Assembly (NCBI GenBank): GCA_051362555.1
Contig: CM120643.1
Location: 11,160,001-11,224,000 of the forward strand
Reading direction: 5' to 3'
Length of the DNA stretch: 64,000 bases
From: Lingula anatina
Taxonomy: Eukaryota; Animalia; Brachiopoda
The notes under the pieces were generated by a model. It was not told the origin of the DNA, did no database searches, and saw only the letters and a list, made by a program, of their open reading frames with translations. This document shows, piece by piece, positions 49,966-63,699 of the stretch (its first letter is position 1; every line of letters starts with the position of its first letter). A program made the position numbers and the translations under genes.

Positions 49966-51794
49966 ACACTTAAAAAAGGATTCCTCTCATGTCACCCACA
50001 TCTATGCAATCATACAAACCAGACTCCTACGAAACTATAAAACAAAGTCATTCTAGTGTGATATTTATTTATTTATTTATTTAGAACATCTTTTGCGACA
50101 GAAAATCATGGTGAGGAACTGTTATAAAGATAAATATATGCACACTTAGACTCTAGTCAAACTCTAGGCAAATAATTTTAAAAAATATGAATTATTGACA
50201 TTTGGGAAATGTGGTTTGGACTTGCATTGGAACTTGTTCCTAATACTTTCTCTATTTGTACTGGAATTTCAATACCAGCATTCACGCTTTATACTTAAAG
50301 AATCCAATATTAAATTTAAAAAGGGTGTTGAGCTAAATTTAAAATTCAAGGAAAAAATATGTCGGCTTTTCCATGGACATTAAAAAATATCATTAGTACT
50401 GTATATTGTGTATACATTTATTGCTGTATACAGGATAGACCAAGGGGCGGCATGCTTTTTTATTTGAGCAGACATGATACATCTTTAAATTGGCAGATCC
50501 AGAATTTATATCAATTTTGTGACATACTACACTGCATAATTCTAATCTTGATTTCAGCACAAAAATGGTTAATTGCAACACTTATTTGTACAAATTCAAT
50601 TTTTCTTTTTGTTTCAATTTGAAGGAACGAAATATATTTAAGATAGAGAAGACTGTAATTAATATTACTTTGGCTTTTATGTCTTAGATCGCCATTCACA
50701 GGATCAGGCACAGAACACATACAAATTTTAAAATAGAAATGACTCCTACAATGCAAATCAAATTAATGTAAACAAAGTAAATTAATTAATTACCCGAACT
50801 TCAACCTGCAACGTTGTGGAAATGTTACTTTCACCTTCAAGTTTGAATGTTGTGATACACAAATGCTTTAAAAATGTATTGTGGCATTTTAAACCCTTAA
50901 ATAATACGTCATTGCACAATAATAAAATTGGAGAAAGACTGATGAGTTTCAAATAGAATCAGATGCATCCCAATTAACGTATAATTTAAAATTAAAAATG
51001 CTCAATAACTGAGTATAACTTGAAAAGGGAACATGATCGACCACATTTTTGAAAAACATTAAAATATGTTCAAATCTGATATGCACATGGTGTAGTCCTA
51101 AAATTTTTGACATTCACAACAAAAAACGTGTACCATTTTCGCCATATTACATGTGCGCTGCGTGTTGGTTCGAGCACGTCAGTGCGTGCGTGTGTGCCTG
51201 TGCAAGGTTCCAAAATCTGAGGCTTTGGAGGATTCTATCAGTCAGATGCACGTGCATTTTGCAGGCTCACCGCAGAGTTGACAGTTCTGAAAAATCAAAA
51301 TAATGTGTTAATTACGATATTAAAATGATATCCCAATGCAATGCAATTTGAACTGAGATAAGAAAATTGAAAAAAAAAACGCATTAATTTTAAAAGAGTT
51401 TATTCAAACCATTCCATAAATCTTACAAATTAAATGCATTACACACACCAGCAATATTAAACTAAAATCACAGCAGGGAAGATGTATGTAAATTATCCTG
51501 ACACTACCGTACACTTGCCTCAGTTTTCTGCGTCACATGCTATATGTAACCTTATTATACATAAAGGGAAACCATACACTACAAGGTGCGTCGGGGGAGG
51601 GGGGGGGGACAAGTTCTGACTGGGTGTGTATATTTATGACAACTACAGTCAACAACTACAACACCGGGCGACTTGAGGCCTTACCTGCGGTAGGCCTATG
51701 TGTAACTGCCCGTAACACTCTTTATTTGTTTTCATTTATGGGGGTCATTTATTTATTTATTATCATTATTTTTTTTTCTTTTACAGTATGTCCT

Positions 51795-52026
51795 TTATTA
51801 TCTCCGCCAAGGAGGTTATGTTTTCGCCCCTGTTTGTCTGTCATGAACATAATTCAAAAAGTTATGGACCGATTTTGATTAATTTTTCAGGAACTGTCAG
51901 AGGTTGGCCAAGAAAGATATGATTAGTTTATGGTGGTGATCCGGATCTATAATCAATCAATAATCGATAATAATAAAAAAAATGCTGCCTTGGCAGAGGT
52001 CTGCGCTCTCGGAGTGCTTTTCTAGT
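51795..52026 (+). mobile_element. Short non-autonomous Helentron (HINE) element
   Basis: 5' TTATTATCTCCGCCAAGGAGGTTATGTTTTC and GTCT microsatellite; 3' CCTTGGCAGAGG (subterminal inverted repeat), hairpin GCGCTCTCGGAGTGC and terminal CTAGTT. Confidence 0.8.
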
Positions 52027-52262
52027 TTATATATTATTCACACGAACTGCATTTTCCTTTCTTTCACGTTTGGCTTCCTTTGCTTTCTCTCGCTCTACTA
52101 ATTATAACGTTACAGGCCACCGCACATACCTAACCGCGCCGTCACATGCCTCTGCCACATAATGCACTAAACAGTTCTCATTCCACTGTATATATACGGC
52201 TTCCTCTCTTGCTTCTTTTTCGCTTTAATATCAACCACAGAACGGGACAGGGAAATTTCTAA

Positions 52263-52456
52263 AGATATTAGCTCACTTAGTAGGAGGATAAGGTAATTTA
52301 TTTCAAACGTAAACCTCTTTGACTTTAGGTCCTTGCAACGTTTCTGTCTATCCTTTTACAACGATATTAGCTCACTCAGTCAGTGGACAGGTACTGTAGT
52401 CTATTTTAAGGCTTACGGCTTTGGGTCTTAACAGCGTTTCTGTCTATCTTTTTTCT
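52263..52456. repeat. Diverged ~100-bp tandem duplication
   Basis: GATATTAGCTCACT...CGTTTCTGTCTATC occurs twice, starting at ~52264 and ~52363. Confidence 0.7.
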
Positions 52457-54974
52457 TACTCATTCCTATGTACTTCGTGTAATTTTCAGTTTCATTTTTA
52501 GGTTATTTTTCTTGTATTTCTAATTTGTGTCCAATATTTATACATGTACATTTTACGTTACACTTTTGTTCCTTTTACCGGGAGGCCTACTTATTATTTT
52601 ATTTCTTTTCTTTCAGTTTAACGGTTGGTTTTTGGGAATAAATTGAATAAACCAAATCAATCAGTGTGAGTTTCTTGACCGAGTGCAGCTACAGTACGGT
52701 TACCTACATTGTAATATTTAAGGGCGACAACTTAGGAAACCAGTGCATTTACGTATGCACTGTACACGTACTACATTATTGGATCATTTAATTTCTTTCC
52801 ACTTGTAAACGCTAGTAGACGATACTTTACTCACAAAACATTTTCTTCAACCGTGGTTCCACCAAACATGTACACAATGGGTCCGAGCTTCAACCACACA
52901 TCATCTTGCAGGTCATCTTGTTACAGGGCCCAGCTGTCAGGTTACCAGCCAGAAGCACAGCTCGCACTGCGATGCATGACTTATTGTTATGCAAATTACA
53001 ACTGGTACAGTGCATGGCACATTTTTATTGAAGGGGTAGTTGTGGAAATCGGTCTCAAAGAACGGCGAATCTACAGAATATTATTTTATTATTGTGACAA
53101 AACCATAACCCTGGCTGCATAGACCTATTTGTCACCATAGACCCTATTTCTTAAGGACAACAGTTTATATCAAATCAAAAATTGAAAATAACAATGACGA
53201 TAAAAATAACAACTCAAATATTATTAAAGTGAATGATGCTCATACGGTCGGGGAATAGTGTTGCACGAGATGAAAAACATTTGTACGGTCCCCGGGCTAT
53301 CTATTTTAATTGAAGATCTATACATTGCATGCAATCTGGCCCTCTCCGTGACAAGCTAAAATGTTTCCAATTGATTTAAAGCATGCCTACGAAGTTTCTG
53401 CGACTCCGCGGTAACTTCGTTGACTTAAAAACATGCCCCAGAAACGGAAAGCCGCGGAAACGAATGCAGGCTCTCCTGGGTCCGGACAAATTACAGTTTG
53501 CAATTTTAGATAAAATCCGGTATAGTTTAGGATAAGAGAACGATTTCACAACAATTTATTGCACGTTATCATGATGATGTATGCGTCGTCAATAATATTT
53601 CCTTTCTATTCTTCACTTAAAGGTCTGTAAAATGATGCTTAAGCGGGGATTGTCAGCAGCTGTTGTACCATACTGGGTGAATCTGTACAAATTGCAGGCC
53701 TACATGTATGCCAACTGCTGTCAGAAACACCCTGGCGATTGCTTTAGTGGAGATCAAGTAAGTTTTTCCCCAAACTATCACTCCTTTTATTAAAATGAAA
53801 TGTATACTGTACTCAGTTTAACTAATTGGTGGTCAAATGATTGATGTTTTTAACACTTGTGTAAAAACCCGTCTTCCGTGGCGAACTGTCAGCTGTTTTT
53901 TCATGTAATTTGCTGATTAAACAGAAAATTAATTATTTGAGCATGTTCAACAATTCACTCTGCCTATTTCCATGTCAAAAAGAACTGGTGTATTTTTTTC
54001 TTTTTGCATAAAGTATTTATAGTAAATGAATAAAATAAGAAAGGAGAAAGAAATTTGGCAGAAAATCCAACGACTTAACATTTTCATAAAGCAAAGCTTG
54101 CAACAAAACCAAAAATAAAATTTTGAAATTCCTGTAACAATTTACATAAAATACTATTGGCATCACGCAACATGTACGTAGTAGCCGAAGGAAAGATGAA
54201 CAAATAATGAGTAATGACAAAAGCAACAGTGATTTTAGAACAAATATCTATATCGCAAACAAGCTTATTACACGTAGTCTAGCTCACTTAATACAAATCA
54301 CATGTACTGAAAAACGGGCTTTCTCAGATGACTGTTAACTAGGGCTCATTTTTAATAGGTTTAATTTTCCCACTATTTTTAACAACAAACTACATATTAA
54401 CATGGACAATCAACAATGTGTCATGTTGCGCAGTGTTGAACGACCCGCGTTTAATTGGACGCATATTCAATATCTATCTGCAAGATTTTATTGGGCTTGA
54501 CTTTTGACTTTATCCTGTTTAGTGCGTTTATACAACGTATTTAAACAATGTGAGTAAAAAAATTCTAGTTCCTGAACGTAACGATCGGCCGTTGTGGAAC
54601 GGCCCTCTGGTTTAATTAATCTCATTTCCCTGCTGATGATCTGTCGACCTCAGATTATTTTTTCAGTTAAGTGCTTTATTTATTTCCCCTCCTTTGTGAT
54701 ATTTCAAGAAAGGGAGAGAGAAAGAGAGAGAATTCAGAAAATGCGTAAAATATATTATAATATAGCGGGCAAAACTTTGATCTCTGTCGATTTTTGTATA
54801 ACGGCCTCTTTCGATCATGAGCTTATGACTTGAGCAACAATAATTTGAAATCATCTTTCTTTGTTTAGAAATTAAAGGTAATAAGTTTTTAAGTTTAAGG
54901 AAATGAAAGGTATCGCTCAGTATCGCTATTCAAAACGATTTTGTAGAGTTTATTACTGATACATTACGATACAT

Positions 54975-55450
54975 TAATGTCAGCGAATAAAGTTTGTTGT
55001 GCACAGTCTGCTATTCTAGTTCTTAATAAACTTGACCCAATATTCAATACATTTTAGTCATGTATGACACATAAAGAGGAACTCTACCAAATTCGCTTAA
55101 TGCTAGAAAATCTGTCACATTTTGTTTTAAGGAAGCCAGTCTTTTGCAAAAACGGGCATGGATTTGTTCGACTTTTGTGCACTGTTGAAATCACCATGGT
55201 TCTGCTGCATACAAGGTATATTAAAAGTAGTTTAACAGTTGCATCAAACAGTTTAGAGGCTTCTTGATGGTCATAATATCATAAGTATTTTTGACAACGG
55301 AATATTCCGTTAGATGCCTTTGTCGCTTGTAATGATAGGCGTTCCTGTGTTCTAGACCATGCTAATCGAAGGGTGAACAGGATTCCTAAGTATTTGTAAC
55401 TGGATACGACCTCAGTTCTATTTCCTTTATAAGTCCGTTTTTCACATTTT
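54975..55450 (-). pseudogene. Degraded non-LTR retrotransposon reverse transcriptase C-terminal fragment (RTE-X/CR1-like)
   Basis: EVVSSYKYLGILFT...WSRTQERLSLQATKA, continuing across frameshifts as KLFDATVK...YAAEPW...FCKRL...LSEFGRVPLY...YWVK. Confidence 0.75.
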
Positions 55451-55895
55451 ACCTGTAATACACAGTGGCGGGTTTCGATTTCTGGTCCCATCTCGTAATT
55501 ACATTTTTACAATCCTGGGCACTTTTCAGATTTGCCCACATATTGCTAATAAACAAATTACATACACACGATCAAAGAATTCTTATATCACTTTGTTAGA
55601 GAATGGTGTAAGTAAACACTGAAAACAGAAACTAAATATCACCACCGAGTCCAAAGTTATGCTAAAGCATAGTCAGAAAAATTACCAAAAAGTTTTCCCG
55701 TTTTAGTCATATGAAACAAAAAGCAATCTGAAATAAACTAAAGCAGTGTTTGGCATAGCATTTTTTTTGGATTATAAAACACTCAATAGCATGGTAGAAG
55801 CAAAAAAAATTGAATATTAGCAGGTATGAGAAGTATCCCAGAAAAAAGTCCTTTAATGGCATGATGGTATTTCCGTTGAAATGTCCATTCCGAAA

Positions 55896-55912
55896 CAAAA
55901 CAAAACAAAAAA

Positions 55913-55951
<39 letters not shown>

Positions 55952-55966
55952 AATAAAAATAAAAAA
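55896..55966. repeat. (CAAAA)n/(TAAA)n microsatellite
   Basis: Direct reading of the sequence. Confidence 0.9.
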
Positions 55967-56163
55967 GGAAAATGAATTTCAGAAAATTTCATAAGGCATA
56001 CAGTATAATAAACTATCCTAATCATTACTTGGATGCATTGGTATTGTTTGTATCAAATAATGAAAGCCTTGTAATGATCCTGGAGCTTGACATCGAGTGC
56101 AAAATAACCCTGCCGTATTTTTTCCGTTAAATTTGTCCATTCCAAAACATTGGGTTTCTCTTA

Positions 56164-56202
<39 letters not shown>

Positions 56203-58001
56203 ATGTTGACACCTAGCCTGTAACAATATACATATATATTTCTATAAAGCCCGGGGCATACAGTATGTTATTTATTTTTATATAAGAAAACTCCCATTCA
56301 ACTGTGTTTTTTTTTTAGATGCCTGTTAAGTAGAATACAAAAAGCTGGTGACTATATGAGTATGTTGGAAACAAGAGGAGGCATATCAATCTGTTCAGCT
56401 GATTGCACTTAGCAAGAGTCCCCGCAGAGCTGGGTTGATCCACACAGACTGATGGTGTGTCTATAGGAATGGGGTCTTACATACATGACAAACAAAAACT
56501 ACAAAACAGTTTCACTTATTTGTTATGTCCTCTTGTATTGGGCATTGCACAACCCAAGCATAATAATAACCAAACCTTCTAGACTACTGGAACCTGCTCT
56601 TTTTGGCTTTAAGCAGTTCTTCTGTTGTGGGAGCAGGAACAGGTGCAGTATTTGGACTGAGGTTCCTTGGGTCCCATGGCTCAAGTTGCATCCGTGCTGT
56701 CATGGGACAAATGCTTGTCAGACTCAATGTCACTGCATGAGACTGTAACGTGGGAATGTAATGATATCTTTATAACTTTTTCCCCTTCTACATGTACACT
56801 GGATAGGCCACCCATGCTCTTATGTGCTTGCTAATCCAATTTCCATACCTACAAAGTGAGGATCAAATAATTATAATTATCATCTAGCTACATGTAATTA
56901 TAACTTGGACTTTAGAATGAAAAAAATTTTAATTCTTCCTTTGCTCTTAGATTAATTATCCCAGCAGGCACACAACGTTGAATCAACGTTGGCAATTCAA
57001 CGTTGAATCATGATTGATAGTTCAACATTGTTTCAACATTAGAAATCTCAATTAACGTTGATTATATGTTGATTTAGCATTGATTATATCTTGATTTAAC
57101 ATTAAATAAAAGTTGAGACAAATAGCATTTTCAATGTCTTTATTTTGTCACTGCATAAAAGGAAAAATGCTGCTAATTTAAGTTAAAATATACATAGTTT
57201 ACAACATAGCAATAATAAATAAAAAAAACTAAGAACAACACTTTTTTTTTTACAAAACAAAGCTGCACATCGAATCTGAACTAACACAAAAATTGTAATT
57301 AAGTATGCATGTACATTGGGGAGGGGAGGGAGAGATTTTTGCACACCTTAACCTAAATTATACTGTACATTGTCATTTTTAAAGTAAATTATAATTCAAA
57401 CATATCATTAATAATCATAATCGCTATAGTTCTGTATTAAATAAATCTTGAATAATGAATGAAAAAACATTGTTTTTTAGATGATGGAGAGTTCATTATA
57501 ACAAAATTATAAATAATTAATCATGCAGTAATTAACTGTTTCAATTCAACTTGCATGCTGTCTACAAACTCTGAAAAAAGAATTATGTATGGTACCCCAG
57601 CATAAAACCTCATGTCTCATATCAAACCCCATGTCCCTTTCACTACTACAAATTCAAAAAAGGGCTATGGAAGTTAAATGTCAAGCAACATATCTTGTCA
57701 AAACACTGTATACAGTACGCATGACAACAGAACCAAATTGTAGAGTGAGTGAGTTACTGGCTGCGCTCGGAGCAGATTCTTACATCTTGACGCATGTGCA
57801 GTTAAGTTAGAGAGATAGAAATGGCTGTTGTGGTTGCTTTGATAAATGTTTGTCGATTTTTGTGCAACAAGACGTAGAAGATGAGGTGCTTATACACACG
57901 ACAGATATGAGTGCAATCTGATGAACTCCACAGTTTAGAGATATAACTGTAAGCATTCTAGCAACGTCCTTCACCAAAATAATAGTTCAACTTCCTAATT
58001 G

Positions 58002-61000
58002 CTACTTTCTTCCTCCTCCATCTTTTCTTTCTGGTGCCCATTTTAGATACTTAACAATGCTGTCAGAGACTTCCTTCTCTGTAGATCTATATTTTGACAT
58101 CATGACATCTGGAAAAAAAAGTGAAGTAAAAATGTAAGCATTTATGTATCGAATGTATGCTGGCAGGTGTGCCTATCATAGCTCATTGAGGGATTCTAAG
58201 AATGAGGTTAAGATTGGGGTTAAATTCCAACTAGGGTGCAAAATGTAAGAACTATTTTTTTAGGCTTAGGTGCCCAAATTGTAGCTGATAGATAGCTGAT
58301 AAGTTTATTACAAAAATCAAATTGGGCACAAATTACAGCAGTAAATGTAAAACACAATGCAACATTAATTTAATTACCTTTGATCACCCTACAAAAGTTG
58401 GTGTGCCCAAAAGGAAATTTATTTTTCTTTCCTGAGAAATTCATCGTAGACATGATTCTGTTTGTCATACACCTACAAATAATATTTATAAAACTAGAGG
58501 ATCAGAGAGGCGATATCGCCTCTGGATATTGTACCACCAGCTGGAGTAAGCGCATTCATATGGAACCCCCCCCCCCACCAAAAATTTAAAAAATGGACGC
58601 CACCACCAGTCTATAAAATGCAATAAACAAGAGTTCTAAAAATAAAAAAATAAAAAAAAAATCGAAAAACATAACTGTTAAAATGGTCCAATCAAGCAGA
58701 TGTTCAAATTGACCTGTATTTTCCTAACACTGATCACTCCTGTGATTTTCTAGACAATAGGCCTACTGGTTTTCCTTGAAATGCGTTATCAGTATTGCAT
58801 ATATGCTGACAAAAGAGAAAACCTGGGGACAACAGTAAGCAGATCTCTGCTAGTTTTGAAGATATGAAGGGCAAGAAAATATGCAGAGTTCAGTTTGTGG
58901 TGAAAAAGTAGGTCAAAGGTCAATTTCAAGGTCACAGTATATGACTTCCTATATAAGTTCAATAGTAGCTATGGGCATTTCTTTGCGAATTATGGAGATA
59001 TGAAGGCCAAGAAACATGCAAAGTGCAGTCCATTATAAATAGTAGGTCAAAGGTCAATTTCAAGGTCACAGTAAGATTGCCTGTGTATGACTTCCTATTC
59101 AAGTTCAATAGTAACTTTGGACGTATCTCTGCCAGTTTTCGAGATATAAGGGATAGAAAATTTGCAAAGTTCAGTTCATGGTGAAAAGTAGGTCAAAGAT
59201 CAATTTCAAGGTCACAATAAGATTGCCAGTATATGGCTTCCTATTACAGTTCAACAGTAACTATGGGTGTATCTTTGCCAGTTTTGGAGATATAAGGGCT
59301 GGAAAATTTGCAAAGTTCAGTTCATGGTGAAAAGTAGGTCAAAGGTCAATTTCAGGGTCATATTTAGATTGCCAGTATATGACTTCCTATTCAAGTTCAA
59401 TAGTAACTATGAGCGTATTTTTGCCAGTTTTGGAGATATAAAGATCAGAAAACTTGCAAAGTGCAGTACTGAAAAGTAGGTCAAAGGTCAATTTCAAGGT
59501 CACAGTAAGATTACCTGTATATGACTTCCTATTCAAGTTCAATAGTGACTATGGGCGTATCTTTGCCAATTTTGGAGATATAAAGATCAGAAAACTTGCA
59601 AAGTGCAGTTCATCATGAAAAGTAGGTCAAAGGTCAATTTCAAGGTCACAGTTAGATTACCAGTATATGACTTCCTATTCAAGTTCAATAGTAACTATGG
59701 GCGTATCTCTGTTAATTTTGGAGTATTTCACATTTTCCCCATTGAATATTGCGATGTTGTAATTTTTGATATAGCACAACGCCTAAACCATATCGAAAAC
59801 AAAAAAATGGACGCCACCTCCAGTATTGCACTTGACAAGGTCTACAAAATGCAATAAACAAGAGGTCTCTGGCATTTACCGTTCCAGAATTAGAGCGAGT
59901 TTTCAGTTTTATATCTAATGGCTACTTCTCCCGTGAAAATGCACTGATTGACCCCAAACTCCCAAAGATGAAAGGAGTCCCCAATGGTAACCCCTCACTA
60001 TAACAGGAGAGCTAAGGGCTGTGTAGTTTCCAAAAATTAGCACAAACAATTATTTTTTTGCAGAAAATTCCCATTTTTAGAAAATTTTAGCTTGTTTGAC
60101 CTTGAAAAAAAGGTCAAAAGTCAAATCCAAGGGCATATTTGGAATCTCCACATATGACTTTCGGTCAGACTTCTATAGTAATTTTTCCCATAATTCCTTT
60201 GGTTTGGGAGATATTCAGCATTGAATTTTCAAAAATTTTGACAAGGGTGCGTTTCAACAAGTGTCACGCCCAGGCCAATGCACCAACTGAGACAAAAAAA
60301 AAACCAGGGTGTTCAAGTTGAGATTATATGTGACCTAAATCCAAGAGATGGGGACACAGGTCCTTGTGGTCTAGGAGGAGAAGCGGTAACGGTGACTTGT
60401 TTCCGGCGCCCGACTGCGGAGCCGGCGGAGCCGCAGGAGCCGGCAGAGCTGTACGAGACGGGTTGGGACTAAAACCATGAGTACCGCCAGCGTACACGCT
60501 GGTGGTACTAATAAAGGATATATTGAATAAAATCAGAAATGTCTTGGTTTGATCAAGAAAAGTCCAAAAAATTGGAATAATAACCTGCACTTATTTTTAA
60601 AATTCTGATAAAAAGGTTTTTACTGCCAAACAAACCAGTATAACGTAGCTATACACATGTAGGTTCGACTTTTTAATGTAATTAATTTACTAACATAGAC
60701 AGAAATGTGTCAAGTGTAAAAGTATTAGTTATCATTTCATAAAGGTTTGATCATTTCTTATACCCGAGTTCTAGGTTTCAGATAATGAAATGTATTTTAC
60801 ACATTAAACACAGGAAAAAATTAAGTAAATGCATATATATTAGTATTTGTCCTACCTTTGCATGGCCTTTTTAGTGTGATCACACATGTTAATCCCTCCT
60901 ATTGCAGCAACTGTGGCTTTCTATCAAATGGAAAAAATAAATGTCATTATTATAAAAATAATAACTAGTTTTTGTAATTATATTATTGAAACTGTGTGAC

Positions 61001-63668
61001 AAAACTTGCAAATATACAGGCATCAAACAGCAAAACATGCTTTCTTTTTGGTAATTTTAGGTACTGATGTTATATATGAAATGCCCACAGTCACAAGATG
61101 GACAGAGACATACATATGTAACATTGATCCATATTGCATGAACTAATAAAAAAGGGAAAAAATCTTCATATTTGAGTTTTGAAAGAGTAAATCTTTTAAA
61201 TTTTTAGCTACATGTACTTGTTTGAAATAATTGAATCAAATAAAAACCATAAGTACAAGCATGAAGTTGACTGATTATGTTGCCATTTTCTGCCTAAAAT
61301 TAACTGAAATGTGATGAACTTTAACTGTTATAAGTATGTACACAAATAAGCATTTGTGAGGCTAATTTTCAAAATAAAAAATGCATCTTCCTCTCACAGA
61401 TTTGGCTTGTTGGATCAAATCAGTACAACACAAAGACGGTGGTGATTATTATTAGAGCAAGTGAAGAATGATTCAATTCAGTGAAAGATTTAAGTAGTTT
61501 TCAAGTTGTAGTTATACTGATCCTGATGTTACTCCATATCATTCTCATCATTTTTATCAAGTCCACCTGATCAATGATACATAGCATGGACATAATTTGA
61601 ACAGAAAAGTAGTATACTTACACAAATATCATATTCTTCTTTGTCCTTCAATGCATTATCAAATTCACTGAAGGAATCCATGGTATCATGTTGTTGCATT
61701 TGCATTGTTCTCATCTCTGTGTTGTTATTAGATTGATTTTTCTTCATTAGATCTCTTATTTCTGCTAATATGTATAATACTCTTCTCTGAAAACCTGTGG
61801 AAAAAATTTACACTACATATACAAAAAAGACAATTGAGGAATTAGCAAATTTGTCCTCATCCTATGTTACAGGGTACAATTAGGCACTGAAACTTCATAA
61901 AATTTTTCCTTAGGTAAATTGCTATTTTTGCCCTTTCTAGTCATTGCCTGTCTCAAATATTCATTCAAATTCACCCAATTGCAAAGTCTCCATAAGTAAG
62001 TGTTTAAATTTTGACTTAACAAAATGAAAATTAGTGTCAAAGAAAGAACCTGTGCATTATGTTAAGATTAGTTTCATATTCCCTAATTATTATATCATGT
62101 TCTATATATGGCATTAACCTAATTCTAAAATTTGAGAATAATAAATGACAACTTCACGTATGCCTTCTGCAAAAAAAAAAAAAAAAAAAAAAAAAAGGTT
62201 CACTCTTGGGGGTTGACATGTACAGATTTTGTCATGAAATTGAAAAAAAAAGTACATACGCTCTTCGGACATTGGAAATGTCGATCTCCTTGGTATTGGG
62301 CTACTTCTGCTATGATGACCCCCTCGACTCATACTCATGCTTCTCTGAGCCATGCGGTCACTGCTTCTGCTACATCTACCAACACGGTCCCTGCTTCTGC
62401 TACGTCTACCAACACGGTCCCTGCTTCTGCTACGTCTACCAACACGGTCCCTGCTTCTGCTACGTCTACCAACACGGTCACTGCTTCTGCTACGTCTACC
62501 AACACGGTCACTGCTTCTGCTACGTCTACCAACACGGTCCCTGCTTCTGCTACGTCTACCAACACGGTCACTGCTTCTGCTACGTCTACCAAACCGGTCC
62601 CTGCTTCTGCTACGTCTACCAACACTGTCACTGCTTCTGCTACGTCTACCAACACGGTCACTGCTTCTGCTACGTCTACCAACAGGCACGCTCCTGTCAG
62701 GGGGCGTTGGGCTCCTTGGTGGTGGGCTTATTGTTCTAGGAGGAACCCTTCTGTCCATGTTAGCTGCCTCTAAAATGCCAATATACATTATGAGGCATCA
62801 GTTTTTCTGTCTTTTACCTTTGGCAAAAATGTTTAAAAGATGGTGCTTCTTAACATTGCATACTGAATTTCTTATTAAGCAATTTCTTAGTAGCACTCTT
62901 ACCGCTACTACTGCCCCCCGTGGTGAATTCTGCTCCAAAGGTTTTTTTCTTGGGGATTCTCTTCCTAAAAACTCCTAAGTCTTCTTCATCAGTATCTTCT
63001 GTGCAGGTAATGTTAACTGTCTCGCAATCTTTCTTGTTGTCTGTATAATTAAAATATATTATTATCATATCTTTTGTTCCATCTTATGCATGTATCTAAC
63101 GTAACTTTCTGCTTTGGTCAAGCAATCTTATTTATAAAAATGAAAAGTGCAGTATTATTTTACAGTATTGAAAATATTCTGAATTCATAGTCAATGTAGA
63201 CTAACTATGGGCATAGGCAGGAGAGAGAAATCTGCTCATTAACATGTCCCTTTGCCAATGGATAATTCCAAAACCCTGCATACATGTAGTATACTACCTT
63301 TACTAATTAATATTGCCAGGTATGAAATGTAATAAATCTGCAATTTTCTTAATATTAAAACGGAGAAAATTTTCAAATGGCACAAACTAGATCTTTTGCA
63401 AACATAAATGATATTGTTTATGAAGCTAAAGCATTAGTAGTGTGTGAAGATTAAACAGAATTCTGTACTGACCAGATGATTTCTTTACCCGCACAAGAGG
63501 GTACTTGATCCAAGTATTTTCAGGTACCCATCTTTCTCTAATTGCTCTCATGGCACCAAGGTTAGTAACATTAGGCGGCCACAGAACCTCATCGTCCACC
63601 ACCCAGTGAGAAGGGATAACCTCCTCTACCTCCACATTGTTCTCCTCCCAAATAACTCTACTCCACAT
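58002..63668 (-). CDS. 7-exon, 427-aa DUF4806-like (transposon-associated) protein with RS-rich repeat; exons 63473-63668, 62903-63040, 62260-62769, 61622-61794, 60856-60920, 58378-58472, 58002-58108
   Basis: All introns are GT-AG with consistent phases (1,1,1,0,2,1); 1284 nt with no internal stop. N-terminal WSRVIWEE..EVIPSHW..WPP..W motif; C-terminal AIGG..AMQRCMTNRIMSTMNFSGKKNKFPFGHT..YLKWAPERKDGGGRK* resembles DUF4806 (recognised by eye, not by HMM). Confidence 0.8.
58492..60513 (-). mobile_element. Non-autonomous Helentron (HINE) of ~2 kb nested in intron 5 of the DUF4806-like gene
   Basis: AACTAG at 58492 (3' CTAGTT), hairpin AGAGGCGATATCGCCTCT, subterminal GTACCACCAGC. The far end is GTACCGCCAGCGTACACGCTGGTGGTACTAATAA, preceded by a GCCGGCGGA-type repeat. 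A-run flanks are consistent with TT insertion. Confidence 0.8.
58845..59725. repeat. ~146-bp internal tandem repeat (6 units) of the nested HINE
   Basis: AGTAGGTCAAAG(G/A)TCAATTTCA at ~58907, 59041, 59187, 59333, 59475 and 59621. Confidence 0.92.
62356..62685 (-). repeat. Coding 30-bp minisatellite, 11 copies, encoding VGRRSRS(S/R)DR
   Basis: The unit GGTC(A/C)CTGCTTCTGCTACGTCTACCAACAC is repeated within exon 3 of the minus-strand gene. Confidence 0.95.
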
Positions 63669-63699
63669 CTGTAATAAACAGAAAAAGTGTGATCTACTA

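Noticed and set aside
49361-50056. ORFs across the 34-bp minisatellite
   Set aside because: The unit is not a multiple of 3, the frames cycle, and there is no splice or coding support.
52080-52665. Possible solo LTR (TATA-like TATATATA, AATAAA, internal duplication)
   Set aside because: No clear TG...CA ends or TSD could be identified by eye.
56485-56750. GC-richer stretch resembling an exon
   Set aside because: Minus-strand frames after the candidate acceptor hit stops quickly, and no partner exons or recognisable domain were found.
62132-62978. Plus-strand mucin-like (TASATSTNTV), Cys/Tyr-rich and Leu-rich ORFs, and the minus-strand VLVDVAEA ORF
   Set aside because: These are alternative frames of the 30-bp repeat; only the RS frame splices in phase with the flanking exons.
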